Origin: Octopus vulgaris
Lineage: Eukaryota
Direction: 5' to 3'
NCBI GenBank assembly: GCA_951406725.2
Contig: OX597814.1
Coordinates: 22,506,001 to 22,570,000, forward strand
DNA: 64,000 nt
The position numbers and the translations under genes were made by a program. Below the pieces are notes generated by a model. That model searched no databases. It saw nothing but the letters and a program-made list of their open reading frames with translations, and had not been told where the DNA came from. Below are positions 22,660 to 36,756 of the stretch, piece by piece. Numbering within the stretch: position 1 is the first letter of the stretch; each line of letters opens with the position of its first letter.

Positions 22660-22985
22660 CTGGTACTCCGTCGGTTACGACGACAAGGGTTCCAGTTGAT
22701 GTATCAACGAAACAGCCTGCTCGTGAAATTAACGTGTAAGTGACTGAGCACTCGACAGACACGTATACCCTAAGCGTAGCTCTCAGGGAGATTCAGCATG
22801 ACACAAAATGTGACAAGGCTGACCATTTGAATTATAGGTACAACTCATTTTTGCGAGCTGAGTTGGCTGAAACAAGGTGAAATAAAGTGTTTTGTTGAAG
22901 AATACAATGCACTGCCAGGATTGGAAATCATGACCTTACGATTGTGAGCCGAATACCCTAACCACTTAGTCGTATGTCTTCACTC
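22660..22985 (-). mobile_element. SINE with family C-like head and a different tail
   Basis: ccctaaccacttag and gtgaaataaagtgttttg blocks similar to 20490-20737. Confidence 0.65.
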
Positions 22986-23454
22986 TTTTTGAATATTGGT
23001 CAAGTATAATGCTTTTTAAGTTCAAGGACTGTCGTCAGTAGAAAATTTCGGACGTTCCTTCGAAGTCCTTCAGGGTTAAAAACGACTTTAATCTTCCTGT
23101 ATCGAAGTACTATAAACTTATATGTTATATGTTAGTAAAACGCTGTTCTTTCAGAAAAGCTCTATTACAAGATTTCTTGACTAGATTTAGTACTGTACCA
23201 AGAAAAACCATTTTACCGACGCAGACCACCGCTGCTTTTATTAGGATGGTGTTCTTTACCTTCTTAGAATAATGATATTGGGTTTTCCACTTGATTCTTT
23301 CAAAAGTTTCATACTTTGTTTAGAGAAATGCATGTCGAGACGTTTATACATTTTCGTGGGTGTAAAGCAAATGATAAACGAACCGGAGCACATAATGCAT
23401 TCACTGTAAATCATTTCTTCCTTCAGTGGTGTTTTTACTTTGGACATGAATATT

Positions 23455-23665
23455 AATTTCAAATTTTGCTATAAGGCCAGCAACTTCGTGAGGGGGAGAA
23501 ATTCGATTACATCAACCCTAATGCCCAACTGGTGCTCAACTGGCACATCCAAAAGAATGAAAGACAAAGTCAATCTCGACGGAATTTGAACTCAGAACGT
23601 AAGGACGGACGAAATGCCACTCACCAATTTTCCCGGCGTGCCAATAATTCTGCAAGCTCACAGCC
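23455..23665 (-). mobile_element. SINE family B (diverged)
   Basis: ggaatttgaactcagaacgt and tcgattacatc are reverse complements of family B blocks. Confidence 0.7.
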
Positions 23666-24274
23666 TTACTTTGCATATAAATATTGATTTCTCAATTAGT
23701 ATACCTACTATTATTCTTATATTTCCGAAGAAAATACATTTCATTTCTATGGGCCTTTGAAATTCTGTTTTAATTTTGAGTGCTTTACTGTAGTTAAGAT
23801 AAAAAGACTTTAAAAAAAAGTTAACACTAGAATGCAAAACAATCGGAAATCCAGAGATGTATGAAAGATCAAGTAATCTTGGAATACTACGATTGTCTAA
23901 TTCGAAGAATAAATTGCATAACAATAGAAAAAAAATTTTGCTTTATAACGTATACTTTACAATATACTTAGAAGTATAAGATTGCGTGAATCTATTTTAT
24001 CAAAGAAACTAATAGTAAAGCAGTGAGAAAAGTGTTACGAAGCATCTTCAGAGATGAATGAGCGATATGAAATAAACCTAGTAGGAATAAACTGAAATAC
24101 ATCAGAGAAGAGTGTTGTAGTTCGCTTGAAGCATTGTTGTACAGAAGGAGAATAATATATGAAATGAGAAATAAAGAAAGCATCTAATAATGTAGAAATT
24201 TAAAAAAAACTTTCCATTTCGGGCACGTGGGCCTATCCTCAGAAGTAATACAGTTAGAAATATGTATGCTCTTT

Positions 24275-24670
24275 TACACTTTACTATTTTACTCTTTTAC
24301 TCGTTTCAGTCATTTGACTGCGGCCATGCTGGAGCACCGTCTTTAGTCGAGCAAATCGACCCCAGGACTTATTCTTTGTAAGCCTAGTACTTATTCTATC
24401 GGTCACTTTTGTCGAACTGCTAAGTTACGGGGACGTAAACACACCACTAACGGTTGTCAAGCGATGTTGGGGGACAAACACACACAAACACATATATATA
24501 CACATATATACAACGGGCTTCTTTCAGTTTTCGTCTACCAAATCCACTCACAAGGCTTTGGTCGACCCGAAGCTATAGTAGAAGACACTTGCCCAAGGTG
24601 CCATGCAATGGGACTGAACCCGGAACCATGTAGTTGGTAAGCAAGCTAATTACCACACAGCCACTCCTCT
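24275..24670 (-). mobile_element. SINE family A, near full length
   Basis: Reverse complement of the family at 9341-9950, with (TTTAC)-type tail. Confidence 0.88.
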
Positions 24671-24903
24671 ATGTTTACATAGATACTACCATTTTGGATA
24701 GCTTGATGGGCAGTAACTCCGTTTTAGTCAGGTGCTTGTGCTAGTAGCAGCAGTTCATCAAATGTTGGTGTTTTTAGTGCCGTAACGGTCACATTGGAGA
24801 CGTTGATGCTGGAGAAGAGAGTGCTGAGGACGGTGGCGGAGGACCGTCTGTAGGTTGGCAGCAGTGATGCCGAAGACGATTGTTAAAGGTTGTGAATGTC
24901 GTG

Positions 24904-24938
<35 letters not shown>

Positions 24939-25732
24939 CCGTGTTGTCTACATAGGCGTTGTTGGCGATGGTGGTAGGTGTCGTGGTAGTAGTGGCTGAT
25001 GGTGTTGGTTGCTGGTGGCTACCAACTGCAAACATTCTTTGGTGGTGGAGGCGGCTAATACGGTATTTGTAAATAACAGAACTAATCACTGTCGTAGTGA
25101 TGAGGATGTTTGTTGGAGTCGCAGCAATGTAGGGAGTCCTTAATGATTTCTCTACGGCGCCAACAACATTTAGAGTGCTGAAGATAGACCTTGCTCCTGA
25201 AATATAAATGTTTTCTCAAACGTTCTGCATTGTTAGCTTTCTTTATTTTTCATTTCATGAAATACATCACTTTTAGTAAGAAAATTCATGAAGAACTTTG
25301 CTGAACAATCCATCAGGATTTAAATCGATAGTACAATCTGCTAGACGTTTTCACGGAAAACATGAATATGCATTGTGTTGGCGCAAAGTTTGCCCCTAGC
25401 CCGAGACACTTGATCACAAGCAGAAGCGTCATAGCACATGTCTGGAGACTGTGAGAAGACTAACACTGCCCACCATTATTTTCTGGCATTGTTGTCCATT
25501 TATTTCTTGCATTTATGATCCTTGACTCCCTCCTTCCCCCATCTTTCTCACACACACTATCACACGCACTCATATCCTTAAAAATCATATTAAACATATA
25601 TATGGGGCCTTACAAAACCTGCAACTTATTTAACGTTTGACAGTGCGGACATAGCGTTCATATACTGAGGGATTGCTGTACTGCATTCACATCTATATTA
25701 CTCTATTTTTATGATATTTAATATGCTTCTCA

Positions 25733-26287
25733 TAAAAAAAGATTGATTCAGAATTTGATTTGATTTTTAAATGTCATCAGTTCGAAATTCACATTTTATT
25801 TTATAATAAAACGACATTAGCTGAACATTTCACCCCAAAGTAATTATTTACTATATTTTCATATTTGTATCTTTCCTTCAGTATATTTCAGGCACTGTAT
25901 GATATTTTAACTCGATAAATCAATACAATTAATATCAATCCAAAATAATCAATCTTTGGTTATCTGGATAACGTTACTAAACAACAATGCACCAAACCTT
26001 ATGGAAGAAAAATTTGGTGCAATGTCAATGGTTATAAATGAAAATAAGTACGTTTGATGAAATAGATTCTACCTGAAATAAAATACCGATACATAGATTT
26101 ATAAATATCTTATACAGAAAAATTGATGCTGAGGGTGAAATTGTTTTCATGATTTCATCAATGTTCAGGAAACCATTATTTATAAAAGAATTTCTTGCGG
26201 CAAGCTTTGTTTCATTGTTTGAAATATTCTGGTGACATTACAGCTACTGGCATCAGTTTGTTATTCTCCTCTTGTTATCAATAAATA
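25733..26287 (+). repeat. Uninterrupted paralog of the Helitron A target repeat
   Basis: Colinear with the reverse complement of 7878-8070 joined to 1370-1733. Confidence 0.85.
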
Positions 26288-26803
26288 CAATCGAGACATC
26301 TATTTTTACCACCCTCCTTACCCTCCTTCCATACTCATTTATATATGCGTGTGTATACGTGTTTGAATAAGTGGGTGTTTCCATTTGTGTGTACCTGTAT
26401 CTGTGTGTGCATGCGAGTGTCTCCTTTACATTGTCTGTTGTAAACTTATATTTCTATCCGAATATTATTGTCTTAAACTATATACAGTAATTTTTTATTC
26501 TGATAAGTACAGTAATCAAGTTTCGTATTTTTCAAAAAATAATAATGTGATTGACGTATTAGCATAACAAAAAATATATACAAGGTTACCTAAATCTTCA
26601 CCTCTATCTCACTTTCATGTGCTTTTTCATTCCTTCACCCCTCAGTCACACAAACATATTTCCCCTTATGTTCTCTCCCGCTATCAATTCATCTTTGTCT
26701 AAATGTCATTTAACTTCAAATGTCTATCATTTGCTCTGTCTCTCTCCCTCCATCTGTCTCTCTATATATCACACAAACACACACATGTATATACATGTAT
26801 ATA

Positions 26804-26805
<2 letters not shown>

Positions 26806-26871
<66 letters not shown>
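26806..26871. repeat. (TA)n microsatellite
   Basis: Direct inspection. Confidence 0.95.
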
Positions 26872-26874
<3 letters not shown>

Positions 26875-28409
26875 TATATATTTATCAGCATGAATATATA
26901 TTTATACATACATATGTATATGTATGTATAGCTACAAACACACACATACACGCACTCGCAGACAGATACAACTACATATAGACAACACACATATGTATAT
27001 ATACATATGTATATATCAGATACACGCTTTCCGACAAATATCTAGTGTTCATCTTTATGTTCTTGCAATTACTCTCCCATTACACACGAATACACTAATT
27101 GCATACGCAAAATATATAGTGTACGCACACGCGCATGCAGGCATGTATATATATATATTGAGATATTTTTGCGTGTATGTGCGTGTGTAAATGCGATTGT
27201 CTCTCATGTTGACTATACATATATTGTATTAATATACATACGTGTGCAATAAGTGTATTCGTGTATAAAGAATCAGAGTGAAAACATTAAGATAAACTTT
27301 AGATATCTGTACGCGGCATGGCGTCTCACACCACCGACCATTTCAAGTCATAGCGTTATCACTATAAGTTAGATATATGTTCGTTCAAAGAGTAACCAAT
27401 GGTTTCGCATCCATAAAACGCTTAACTTTATACACTATTCGTCAGACTCCAATTCCCGCGGTTATATACCTTCTATTGAAACTGGAGGTAGAAAACCGTT
27501 ACAGTTCTATATAAACTGGAGCGGACGATGCCAGCTTTGCATAGCAGAGCAGGCAAAGATCCTTAAAGGCTCGACTGGCCAAGAAACTCTCTTAAGCTCT
27601 GAAACGAGATCTATATATCCCTGTCTGCATTTTAGACGTTACCTATTACAGGCGTAGGATTCCACGTTCTTCGATTTGGACCGTAAAAATATATTAGCGG
27701 ATCGGAACCAACCTAGTGGCAGTGACTCCCCGTGCGTCTTTCTCTGCATTTTGTCCCTGAGTAAATATCAAGCACTTGAACATATCTGGTGTTAATCCGT
27801 CCAGCTTCAACTTAATTTTCCCATTCCCTGTTAAATCTATCAGCTTACGTGATGTAGTCTTCCTCGTTGTTCTTTTCCAGGTTCAAATATTTCCAACATA
27901 TATTGAACAACGAGCTTTTCTCATTAAAAATTTTACCAACGTTATATTTATTCTTTAAAGCAGAAGGTTTATGGGGGAGTACATAATTGCTCATGTTCTC
28001 CTGTTATCAGTTTTCTTAAGACGAAACACGTTTTCATATCGTCGTCTTTATTCAAGATTTGTTCGTATCTTCTATATTAAGCCAGGAAGGTAATTCCTTT
28101 GTATGGTTCGTACTTAAACTCTGTTATCGAGTTCGCAAAATAATCTGGCGAGAACATTTTTCTTCATTTCCTCGCGACTTACTATTCATTAATTGCAGCA
28201 TTTTTTGCTGTACTAGTAATTGTTGTTGTCGTTGATTCTGTTCTTTCAGTTGTTGTTGTTGCTGTTGTTGTTGATGTTGTTTCTGCTGTTGTTCCCAACA
28301 ACAGAAACCATTGGTCACTCTATAAATACATCATATAAATACATTACTGCTCTAACTTTTAAAGTGTGCTTCTGTTTCGGAAATATGATCCATTAGCGAT
28401 ATATATATA

Positions 28410-28469
<60 letters not shown>

Positions 28470-28705
28470 AAGAGAAAGAGAGCGAGATTAATTATTAGCG
28501 ACGGAAGCAGTATTGATAACAAAACATAATCTTTATATGCAGCTTAACATAGATGCCTGCGTTTATAAGCCTTGAGAGATCTCTTACCGGCATTTGGTGG
28601 TGCTACGATCTCTGTGTATGCTTTTATGTACCCGGGGCCTATAAAAGGATCTCTCAAGGCTAATAACACGGCATTCGGTATTCTAACAAAACATCCATCT
28701 TACGT

Positions 28706-28756
<51 letters not shown>

Positions 28757-29046
28757 GCACACATATAAAAATATATATAAGCGCGTATGTGTGTATGTGT
28801 GTGAAAAATGACTTTAAAACTGCGTAAGATGGATAGAGATTTCATGGATAGAAATATGTGCATGACAAGATGATGGGTGAGGGAGCGAGAGAAAGAGGTG
28901 TAGATTCAGATGACAAAATATATTTCCATAATATACATTTTAATGTACATGCAGTGTAACTTTCTAATATAAAAATACATACGTATACACACACATACAT
29001 ACACACACATACATACACACATACAACTTACGTATTATGCATATAC

Positions 29047-29093
<47 letters not shown>

Positions 29094-29569
29094 TATATCA
29101 GGTATATCTATTTCCACTCATGTTTTTTTTATAATATACATTATGATAGCAGCGGCTACCTGTTGAGTCAATTTACACTCTCAGTGATTAAATATCACTC
29201 TCAGATCAGCTAAAAATGTTCTGCCTAGAGACATTTACATCTTCCTCCTACACAGAGAAAGTCAGTCCACCAGCTAAATAGACAGACATGTAGACAGACT
29301 CAAATACACACACATCTGTGTATATATCGTGAACGAGATAAGTTGTACTCGATTTTATGATAAAGCACAAGATTTTATTTCATTTTGACTAATCCAGTTT
29401 TTTTTTTGTTATTGTGGAATTACCAATTGTCGAAAAGAATTATCTATATTTCAGTATAGAATAGTAGAGGGCCGAAAGGATACGATTTGTTGAAAACCAA
29501 TCGTGTGTTTCCGCCCTGTGTCTATAAGGCGTGTTAACGGTAAAGATCACTTTACAAAAATGAAGTGCA

Positions 29570-29960
29570 GATAACTGACTCAACACTACAGTATACTACT
29601 ACACATGTACGGTCTCCCTAAGATTCACAAGGATGGTGTTCCATTAAGACACATAGGGAGCTGTAGAGGCTCAGTATGTCATCCAATGAACCACTTCCTT
29701 GTGGATATAATCAGTCCATTAGCAGGAAATGAACATCGTACGTGATGAATTCCACCCAATTCACAGAATTGATCAAGGATACCCCCATTGAATCCAACCA
29801 GATTGTGAGTCTAGATGTGATAAGTCTGTTCACCAAAGTCCCATCGGGTGAAGCACTATCGGTGATACAAGAAAAACTAGTGACAGACACCCATATAAAA
29901 GAACGCACTAGTGTACCAATAAGAAACTTGATGGAAATGTTGACCTTCTGTGTAGAAACT
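29570..29960 (+). mobile_element. Penelope-like RT fragment
   Basis: HMYGLPKIHKDGVPLR...NSTQFTELIKDTPIESNQIVSLDVISLFTKVP...LMEMLTFCVET. Confidence 0.88.
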
Positions 29961-30878
29961 GGTCAATTCGAGATCACCTGAATCTCGGTTAGGACGGCCA
30001 AATTCAACGACCACAGAGGTAAAAGCCAACACTGTGCATGTCATGATTCTCGAGGACCGCCGTCATAGCTGAGCCACTGGGGATCTCCCATGAAAGAGTT
30101 GGCCACATCATCCACAACATTCTAGACATGGGAAAGCTTTCTGTAAAATGGGTGCCGAAATGCCTGAAAGAAGATCAGAAGCATGTCAGAGTGAGTACAC
30201 AAAATGTGATTTGGGACCTGTTTGCCGCGGAAGAGGCTAATTTTATGGCTCGTTTTGTCACCATGTATGAAACTTAGCTTCATCATTATGATGCCCAGAT
30301 CAAGCAGCAATCAATGGAGAGGCGCCCCAGCATTTCACCGTGTCCCAAGAAGCTTCCGACCTAGAAGTCAACGGGAAATATTTCGACTTCAGTGTTACGG
30401 AACAAAGACGGAGTACTCCTCAGGAAATGCCTGCCAAAACGGTGAACCTTCAACGCAGAATACTTTGAAGCAGAAACGCCGTTGAAAGCTGAGCTGTGGT
30501 GTCCTGTTTTGCCGGACAATGCACCAACACATACGGCAGCATATAAAACTCTACAGAAAATACTCGGTTTGAGCCTCGAATAGGTAGAACACCCGCCTTA
30601 CTTTTCTAACTTGGCTCCTTTCGATTATCACCTCTCTACAACTGAAGAAACATCTCAAGGGAACGAAATTTCACTCCGATTCGGAAGTCATCACTGTGGG
30701 GAGGCACGTTTGGATACCCAACCTACCGAGTTCTTTTTACCGGGCTTACAAAAACTGAAGGACTGCTGCAATAAGTGTGTGAATCTGAGAGGGGAATATG
30801 TTGAATAAAATCATAATTTACAGATTTTTCTGTATTTACTTTTACCCAAAGCCAGGAATTTTTGACATCCCCACGTAC
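29961..30878 (+). mobile_element. Mariner transposase pseudogene (5'-truncated) with right end
   Basis: KLSVKWVPKCL, FVTMYET.LHHYD, DNAPTH, HPPYFSNLAPFDYHL, KCVNLRGEYVE*. Confidence 0.88.
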
Positions 30879-33011
30879 TAATAGAAATTTTTGAAACTAT
30901 GCTGAATGTTATTTGCATACACATGTTTCATGCCATTTTGTATATGTTCTAGAAAGAACATCCTATTTAGACAAATTATACGATATGCTCCCTAAGTAAG
31001 ACACTAATAAAGGAGGAAGTGCTCAATTTGCTGGACATTGCTCTAGAATGTGTTGGTGGGGCTACGGGAAAAAAATCATCGTTCACAAATCTCCACATAA
31101 CATGAGTACTGAAGTTGGAATGCAATGGGAAAAATTGTGTCTCTTGCAATTAGTTTTTTAGCGAGAAGAGGTACTAATTGTAAACTGGGAGATAAGAAAT
31201 CAGATCACATAAACTTTAACACGGTGTAACAGCAACTATACATCCAACGTTTATTTATTTATACAGTTATACCATATATATATTGCATCGCTTCTTGTTA
31301 TGCCTTTTCTAGAAATGAAAGATTTGTGTCAATCTTCTAAGGAGTTTTATCGTTTCTCGTAACACTCTACTGCGAAAGAGGATGTACTAATATTAATTCC
31401 TTAGTCGTTATATTTAGTACTGATGAACAAACGGTAAGAAGATATTCAGAAACTTACTAGTTAAAGGTTCTCTTCAAAGCAAAGATATTCTTTCTTATTC
31501 ATAAAGGATACTCGCACCCTAAATTTCTGAATTTATTCCCACAGCACTGAGTAATATTTCTGGTTTAGTTTTGATGCAAGGGATAATTATAGTTCACTAG
31601 ATATCTATTTCACATAATTATAATCCAGCCGATATAGGGTTTAAATTGATACCTCCTCGTGCATCTTCTACTCTTAAATGTTGTCATATGATTTATCCTT
31701 TATTCAGCAATTCAATAAAACTTCATTACATATTATTATGAATCGTATTTCATATAATATTAATCTCGGCTGACTGAAAACATCCAATAGATTGCTGAAT
31801 GGTTACTGATAATTTCATACTTTTGGAACAGTGTCTCTTCTCATGCTAATTCGTTTCTCTTCCTACTCGACTATAAGTTAATGTTCATAATGCTACTACT
31901 ACTTATGACAACAATATATGTATGTGTTTATGTATACACATAAACGTACGTGTGTACACATATGCATATGTAGATATGAGGCGTCGTGTTCCATTCAGCT
32001 CATTATAAAAATAATTATTAAGTCGACATGGTAGTGGAAGAGGAATATGTTTGTCTATATTCAAGAGACTCTATATTTCATTGGAACTGCTATGTATATC
32101 AAGAAGAATTAAAAGTACATTTATTTAATAGCTTGAATTCATAATTTCTAGATGGAATACAGATTAACTTGTATTGATACATTTTATCTATTGTAGCACG
32201 GGTTATAATATAACATTGGGATAAAATTATACAGAGAATGAAATTACTTCGTATACAAAAGAAATCCGATATTCTTTTCACTGTATATTCTACTGCCACT
32301 AAATTTAATATCCTTTAGGTGTATTTTCGAAGTGAGAAGAGTATGAACAATACAAGAGGTGCTATGGTCGAGTGAAATAAGTGCCAGCATTTGTATTCAT
32401 ATAAAGGTGAAGTGAAAGAGGAGATAATTGATCGGCTCTCTAACTCATGAGTCATGAGTTAATTTGGGTTGCGAACATTTTGTTGTGTTTTCAGGAAGGA
32501 CACTAAGCTCTACATGCCTCAGTTCCTTAGCATTATTACCCGTGTTTCTATTAGGAAAATGACATATGAATTATAAATTTGCATTTTGTTACAAACGTAG
32601 AAATTCGTCTCGGTTGATGTCATTTAACTCTCTTAAGCTTATTTGGCTACGAAAATATTTATTGCTCTACAGTGACATTTAAAGGGCTATAAACATAATT
32701 CACCCCACACAAAACCGATTATTTAATAATACAACTTGTTCAGATAGGGATTTACTAACCAACGACTGTATTGAACACCTTTGAGACCGTTGTGTGAAAT
32801 GAAGGAAATTATGTTGAGACAGAGGAGCTGTACAAATACTTTAAAAAGTTTAGATAGGTACATTTGCTTTAACATACTCCTACACATAATAACGTGAAAG
32901 GTATTCGCTGCAGGATTTTGTCTGGGAGAAAATCTCGTTATGGACTTCGTGTGTATAACACACCGAGTAGAGCTCTACGTTCTGGCTAAGTTCCAGATGA
33001 GCAAGGCAGTT

Positions 33012-33056
33012 CTCTCAACTGAAGAGGCGAACCCATGCCGAAATACTAAGTCGGGA
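33012..33056 (+). ncRNA. Hammerhead-like motif
   Basis: CTGAAGA-GGC gaacccat GCC-GAAA tactaa GTC-ggga; stem I weak. Confidence 0.5.
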
Positions 33057-33296
33057 AAACTTCTAACGTCACTTGGTGCTTAGATCAATATGTTTTTACG
33101 TAAAAAGTCCACAGAAAAATGTTTCACCGAATCACTTAATATTTTAGTCTGCATGAGCATGTTAAGAAGAAATGTAAACGTATTTATATTGACCCTCGCT
33201 GTTTTATGTGTTTGTTCTAATTTACAACAAAGTGTACACCGATAAACATTATTAAGGACTAGGGCATAGTGTTAAACTGAAATATATATTAAACCG

Positions 33297-33632
33297 ACTT
33301 TAGTCGAGCAAATCGACCCCAGGACTTATTCTTTGCAAGCCTAGTACTTAGTCTATCGGTCTCTTTTTGCCGAACTGCTAATTGACGGGGACGTAAACAC
33401 GCCAGCATCAGTTACCAAGCGATGTTGCCAAACACAGACACACAAACACACACACATATGTATACATATATACGACGGGCTTCTTTCAGTTTCCGTGTAC
33501 CACATCCACTCACAAGGCTTTGGTCGGCCCGAGGATATAGTAGAAGACACTTGCCCAAGGTGCCACACAGTGGGACTGAATCCACAACCATGTGGTTGGT
33601 AAGCAAGCTACTTACCACACAGCCACCCCTTC
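33297..33632 (-). mobile_element. SINE family A (tail truncated)
   Basis: Homologous to 24340-24670. Confidence 0.85.
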
Positions 33633-33689
33633 GCCTATATATATATATGAAGAATACACATACATATTTATATATATATATTTTGTCAT

Positions 33690-33895
33690 TTACCGTTACT
33701 TGTTTCAGTTATTTGACTACGGCCATACTGGGACACTGTCGTCAAGGATTTTAGTTGAACAAATCAACATCAAGACTTATTTTTCAAGCCTAGTACTTAT
33801 TGTAACGGTTTCTTTTGCCGAACCGTTATGTTACGGGGTATAATCACCAACACGTATTGTCAAGCGGTGGTAAGGGACAAACACAGATATGAACA
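33690..33895 (-). mobile_element. SINE family A 3' half (diverged)
   Basis: tgtttcagttatttgactacggccat...aagcctagtacttat...tttgccgaaccg. Confidence 0.7.
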
Positions 33896-35160
33896 CACAC
33901 ACACGCGCGCGCGCACATATATGAATGTATATAAATATATACCTTACTGTTAGGTTGTCCTTCCATACGCTATACATATATATATGCCTCACTTTGAACC
34001 CTCACCTTGACAATGGAACCGTAGGAGTGTATTCATGGTGTGTGGCATGTCTTGGACAACTTTATTCCTGCTAAAAACCATCCCTCTGCAAGTCTGACCA
34101 CACCCGATTTATTCAAGAGTGAGGGAGAGAGAGGCGACAGATAGAAAAAGGGAAAGAGAGAAGGAAAGTGGAAAGAGACAGAATGAAAGAACGAGAGAGA
34201 AGTTCCCCCATTACTCAGTATAAAATTCGGTATTATTTTAACTCAAGACATACAGAACTGCAAATTTTATTCTTTTTAGAAGGCCTCAGGAAGACCCCAA
34301 CGAATCCTACTAAGTCTAGCGTTGCTGACTTTCTTATCAACCACGGCATCAGATTTTTTCCTCTCAAAATTCACTGGCTTTTATTTCCTCTTACGTAGAG
34401 AGAGAAGATCCTTCACAAGTGTGTTGGCCACCTAAAGATTCCGTTCCCTTTCACCAAACATTAATAATGGGCAAAGGATTGATATATTTATCACACTTAT
34501 TGTTCATATTTTCACATTCTGGATTGGAATCACAAAGTAAGCATAGGGTTTTTTTCTGAGACTAGTCCGTTGCTCCATAGCATTCTGCGCTGAAAATGTA
34601 GGATATAGAGTAATAAACCTTTGCCTTAAGTTTCCGCTACCCGCTTATTCTTGTTAGAAATGTTTTTTGTTGCATAGTTTTCAACGAGTCGCACAGTTTT
34701 TCATATCTGTGTACTTTTAAATATCAAAGATGTTTGAAGCATGTGACATTGTATGTGACATAGCTGTTCAGTTTTTCATTACTGATGCTGGTCATGCATG
34801 ATGCCGAGGTAAATGTTAAGTCTTTCAAACCTAACTGCTGTCTCTTAAAAGATGAGATCATTAAGTTCATTGTCTAATGGAGAGAAATCTCATTATTATC
34901 CTTTGCTTGTTATTGAAAAATTAATGATGGATTCGGTCTTGGATCTTGGCAGTTTTTTAACATTATTTCATGTAGAATTAAAAAGATTGACTATGATGCA
35001 TTGTGTAATTTATTAATTCATTACGATAATGCCGGAGGCGTATGTGCGCGCGAAAATGTACCACACACTCACAAATATATGTGTGTGAAGTATTTACATG
35101 TGTATGCGGTAATTTTAATCTTTTAATTCACAGTTAGGCTTCTTAAAGCCCTTATTATTC

Positions 35161-35207
<47 letters not shown>

Positions 35208-35517
35208 TATATACATACATACATAGATACATACATACATACATATATATATATGCGTTTACATAGATACTTGTATGTACATACTTGTTATATATATATA
35301 TGATTATATCTCTATATATCTATCTATATGCACACAGCAGCACAACATGCACACATTATTCATACGCATTATAATTTCTTGGTTATATTCTGAAATATGT
35401 CAGGTCAAAATCTGAAGAAGAAACTCCGTGTTGACTAAGGTTGAAAATATATAGTTTAATAACAGGAGAGAACTAATGCTACGACTGCATGTTTGTTACA
35501 TCTAAACTCTCAATATA

Positions 35518-35564
<47 letters not shown>

Positions 35565-36075
35565 GTGTCTGTCTGTATGTATGTATGTATGTATGTAAGT
35601 ATGTATAATTTATGTGTCTTAAACAGACCTTCTATAGACATGCTTCCACAAAAGCTGAAGGGCGTCTCATTCCCAGTGATCATCTAGTGCACACCGGATA
35701 TCAACCTGGAATTCCTGAGGTCAGTGCTAAAACCAGGCATGACATTGGATATTTTTGGAATATTTGCTTGTGCTCGAGATCATTGTGCTTCCTCATTCCA
35801 AACCCTACGACCCATATTGGCACTAAATATTATGCGTTCGCTTTTCTCTGGATCATATCAGTATTGTGCCAGTCTTATTGGATCTCTAATTTTAGATTCT
35901 TTAATCGCCAGCGAGGCGATGAGTATGTTACGGCGAGCATAGAGGCCGCAGATGCAAGCCTGTGTGAAACCGTACGTGGGAGCAATAAACTTATGCACAG
36001 GAATTGCTGACGTTACGTGGTTAACGGTCAATGATGTCCTTCCTCGGTCACTAGAGAAAATAGTGAAAAGTTATC

Positions 36076-36112
<37 letters not shown>

Positions 36113-36116
<4 letters not shown>

Positions 36117-36690
36117 GAGTGCCCATATTCATAACAGTGAGGTACTTACAAAATGCAACATATCAGCTATTGAAGCTATTCTCATCAAAGTACAGGTTAG
36201 ATGTTCAGATCATCTCTCACGTATGAGTGATATCAGAATTCCGAAGCCGCTACTCTTTGGCCAATTCCCAACAGGGAGGTCAGTTGGAAGGCCACTCTTT
36301 CGCTTGGAAGGCAAACTAAAAGAAAATCTTAAGTGATGCAACATTCTCTTTTCTTCCTGGGAAAATAAAGCATCATAACGCAGGTCCTGGCGCCAGCCCT
36401 GCTTCTTCTCGGTTCAAAAATTAGAGCAAAATCGACTCCAACACCGGGACCAACTTCGTATGAGCATAAGGATTCGCTGGCTAAATAGAAAACTTACTTG
36501 TCATTGTGATTTTGAGGAACGAAGCAAAACAGTTCAGCCGTCCACTCAAGAAAACACAGTAAATAATCCACAATAATCATATAGTAAATAATCCATTCAA
36601 GCAAACTGAGTCCTCAACTTGTTCAATTTGCCAAAACGTTTGCAAGGCACCAGTAGGCCTCAAGAGACACATTCGTATCCATTGGACATG
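36113..36690 (+). mobile_element. RTE-clade LINE 3' fragment with C2H2-like finger
   Basis: NSEVLTKCNISAIEAILIKVQVRCSDHLSRMSDIRIPKPLLFGQ...RSVGRP...LKENLK and terminal CSICQNVCKAPVGLKRHIRIH. Confidence 0.78.
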
Positions 36691-36756
36691 ATCAATGCTT
36701 TATTTTACTGAACTCTCATTTGTCGTTCACTTCAAGAGAATCCATCAAATATATAT

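Noticed and set aside
25340-25455. Tiny mariner-like fragment (MHCVGAKFAP)
   Set aside because: Too short and degenerate to delimit
27300-27745. Possible solo LTR with TATA and primer-binding-site-like tggcagtgactcccc
   Set aside because: No second LTR, clear TG...CA ends, TSD or convincing tRNA complementarity
35405-35455. Additional hammerhead-like strings (also ~27565-27615 and ~60405-60440)
   Set aside because: Core or stems too degenerate to support
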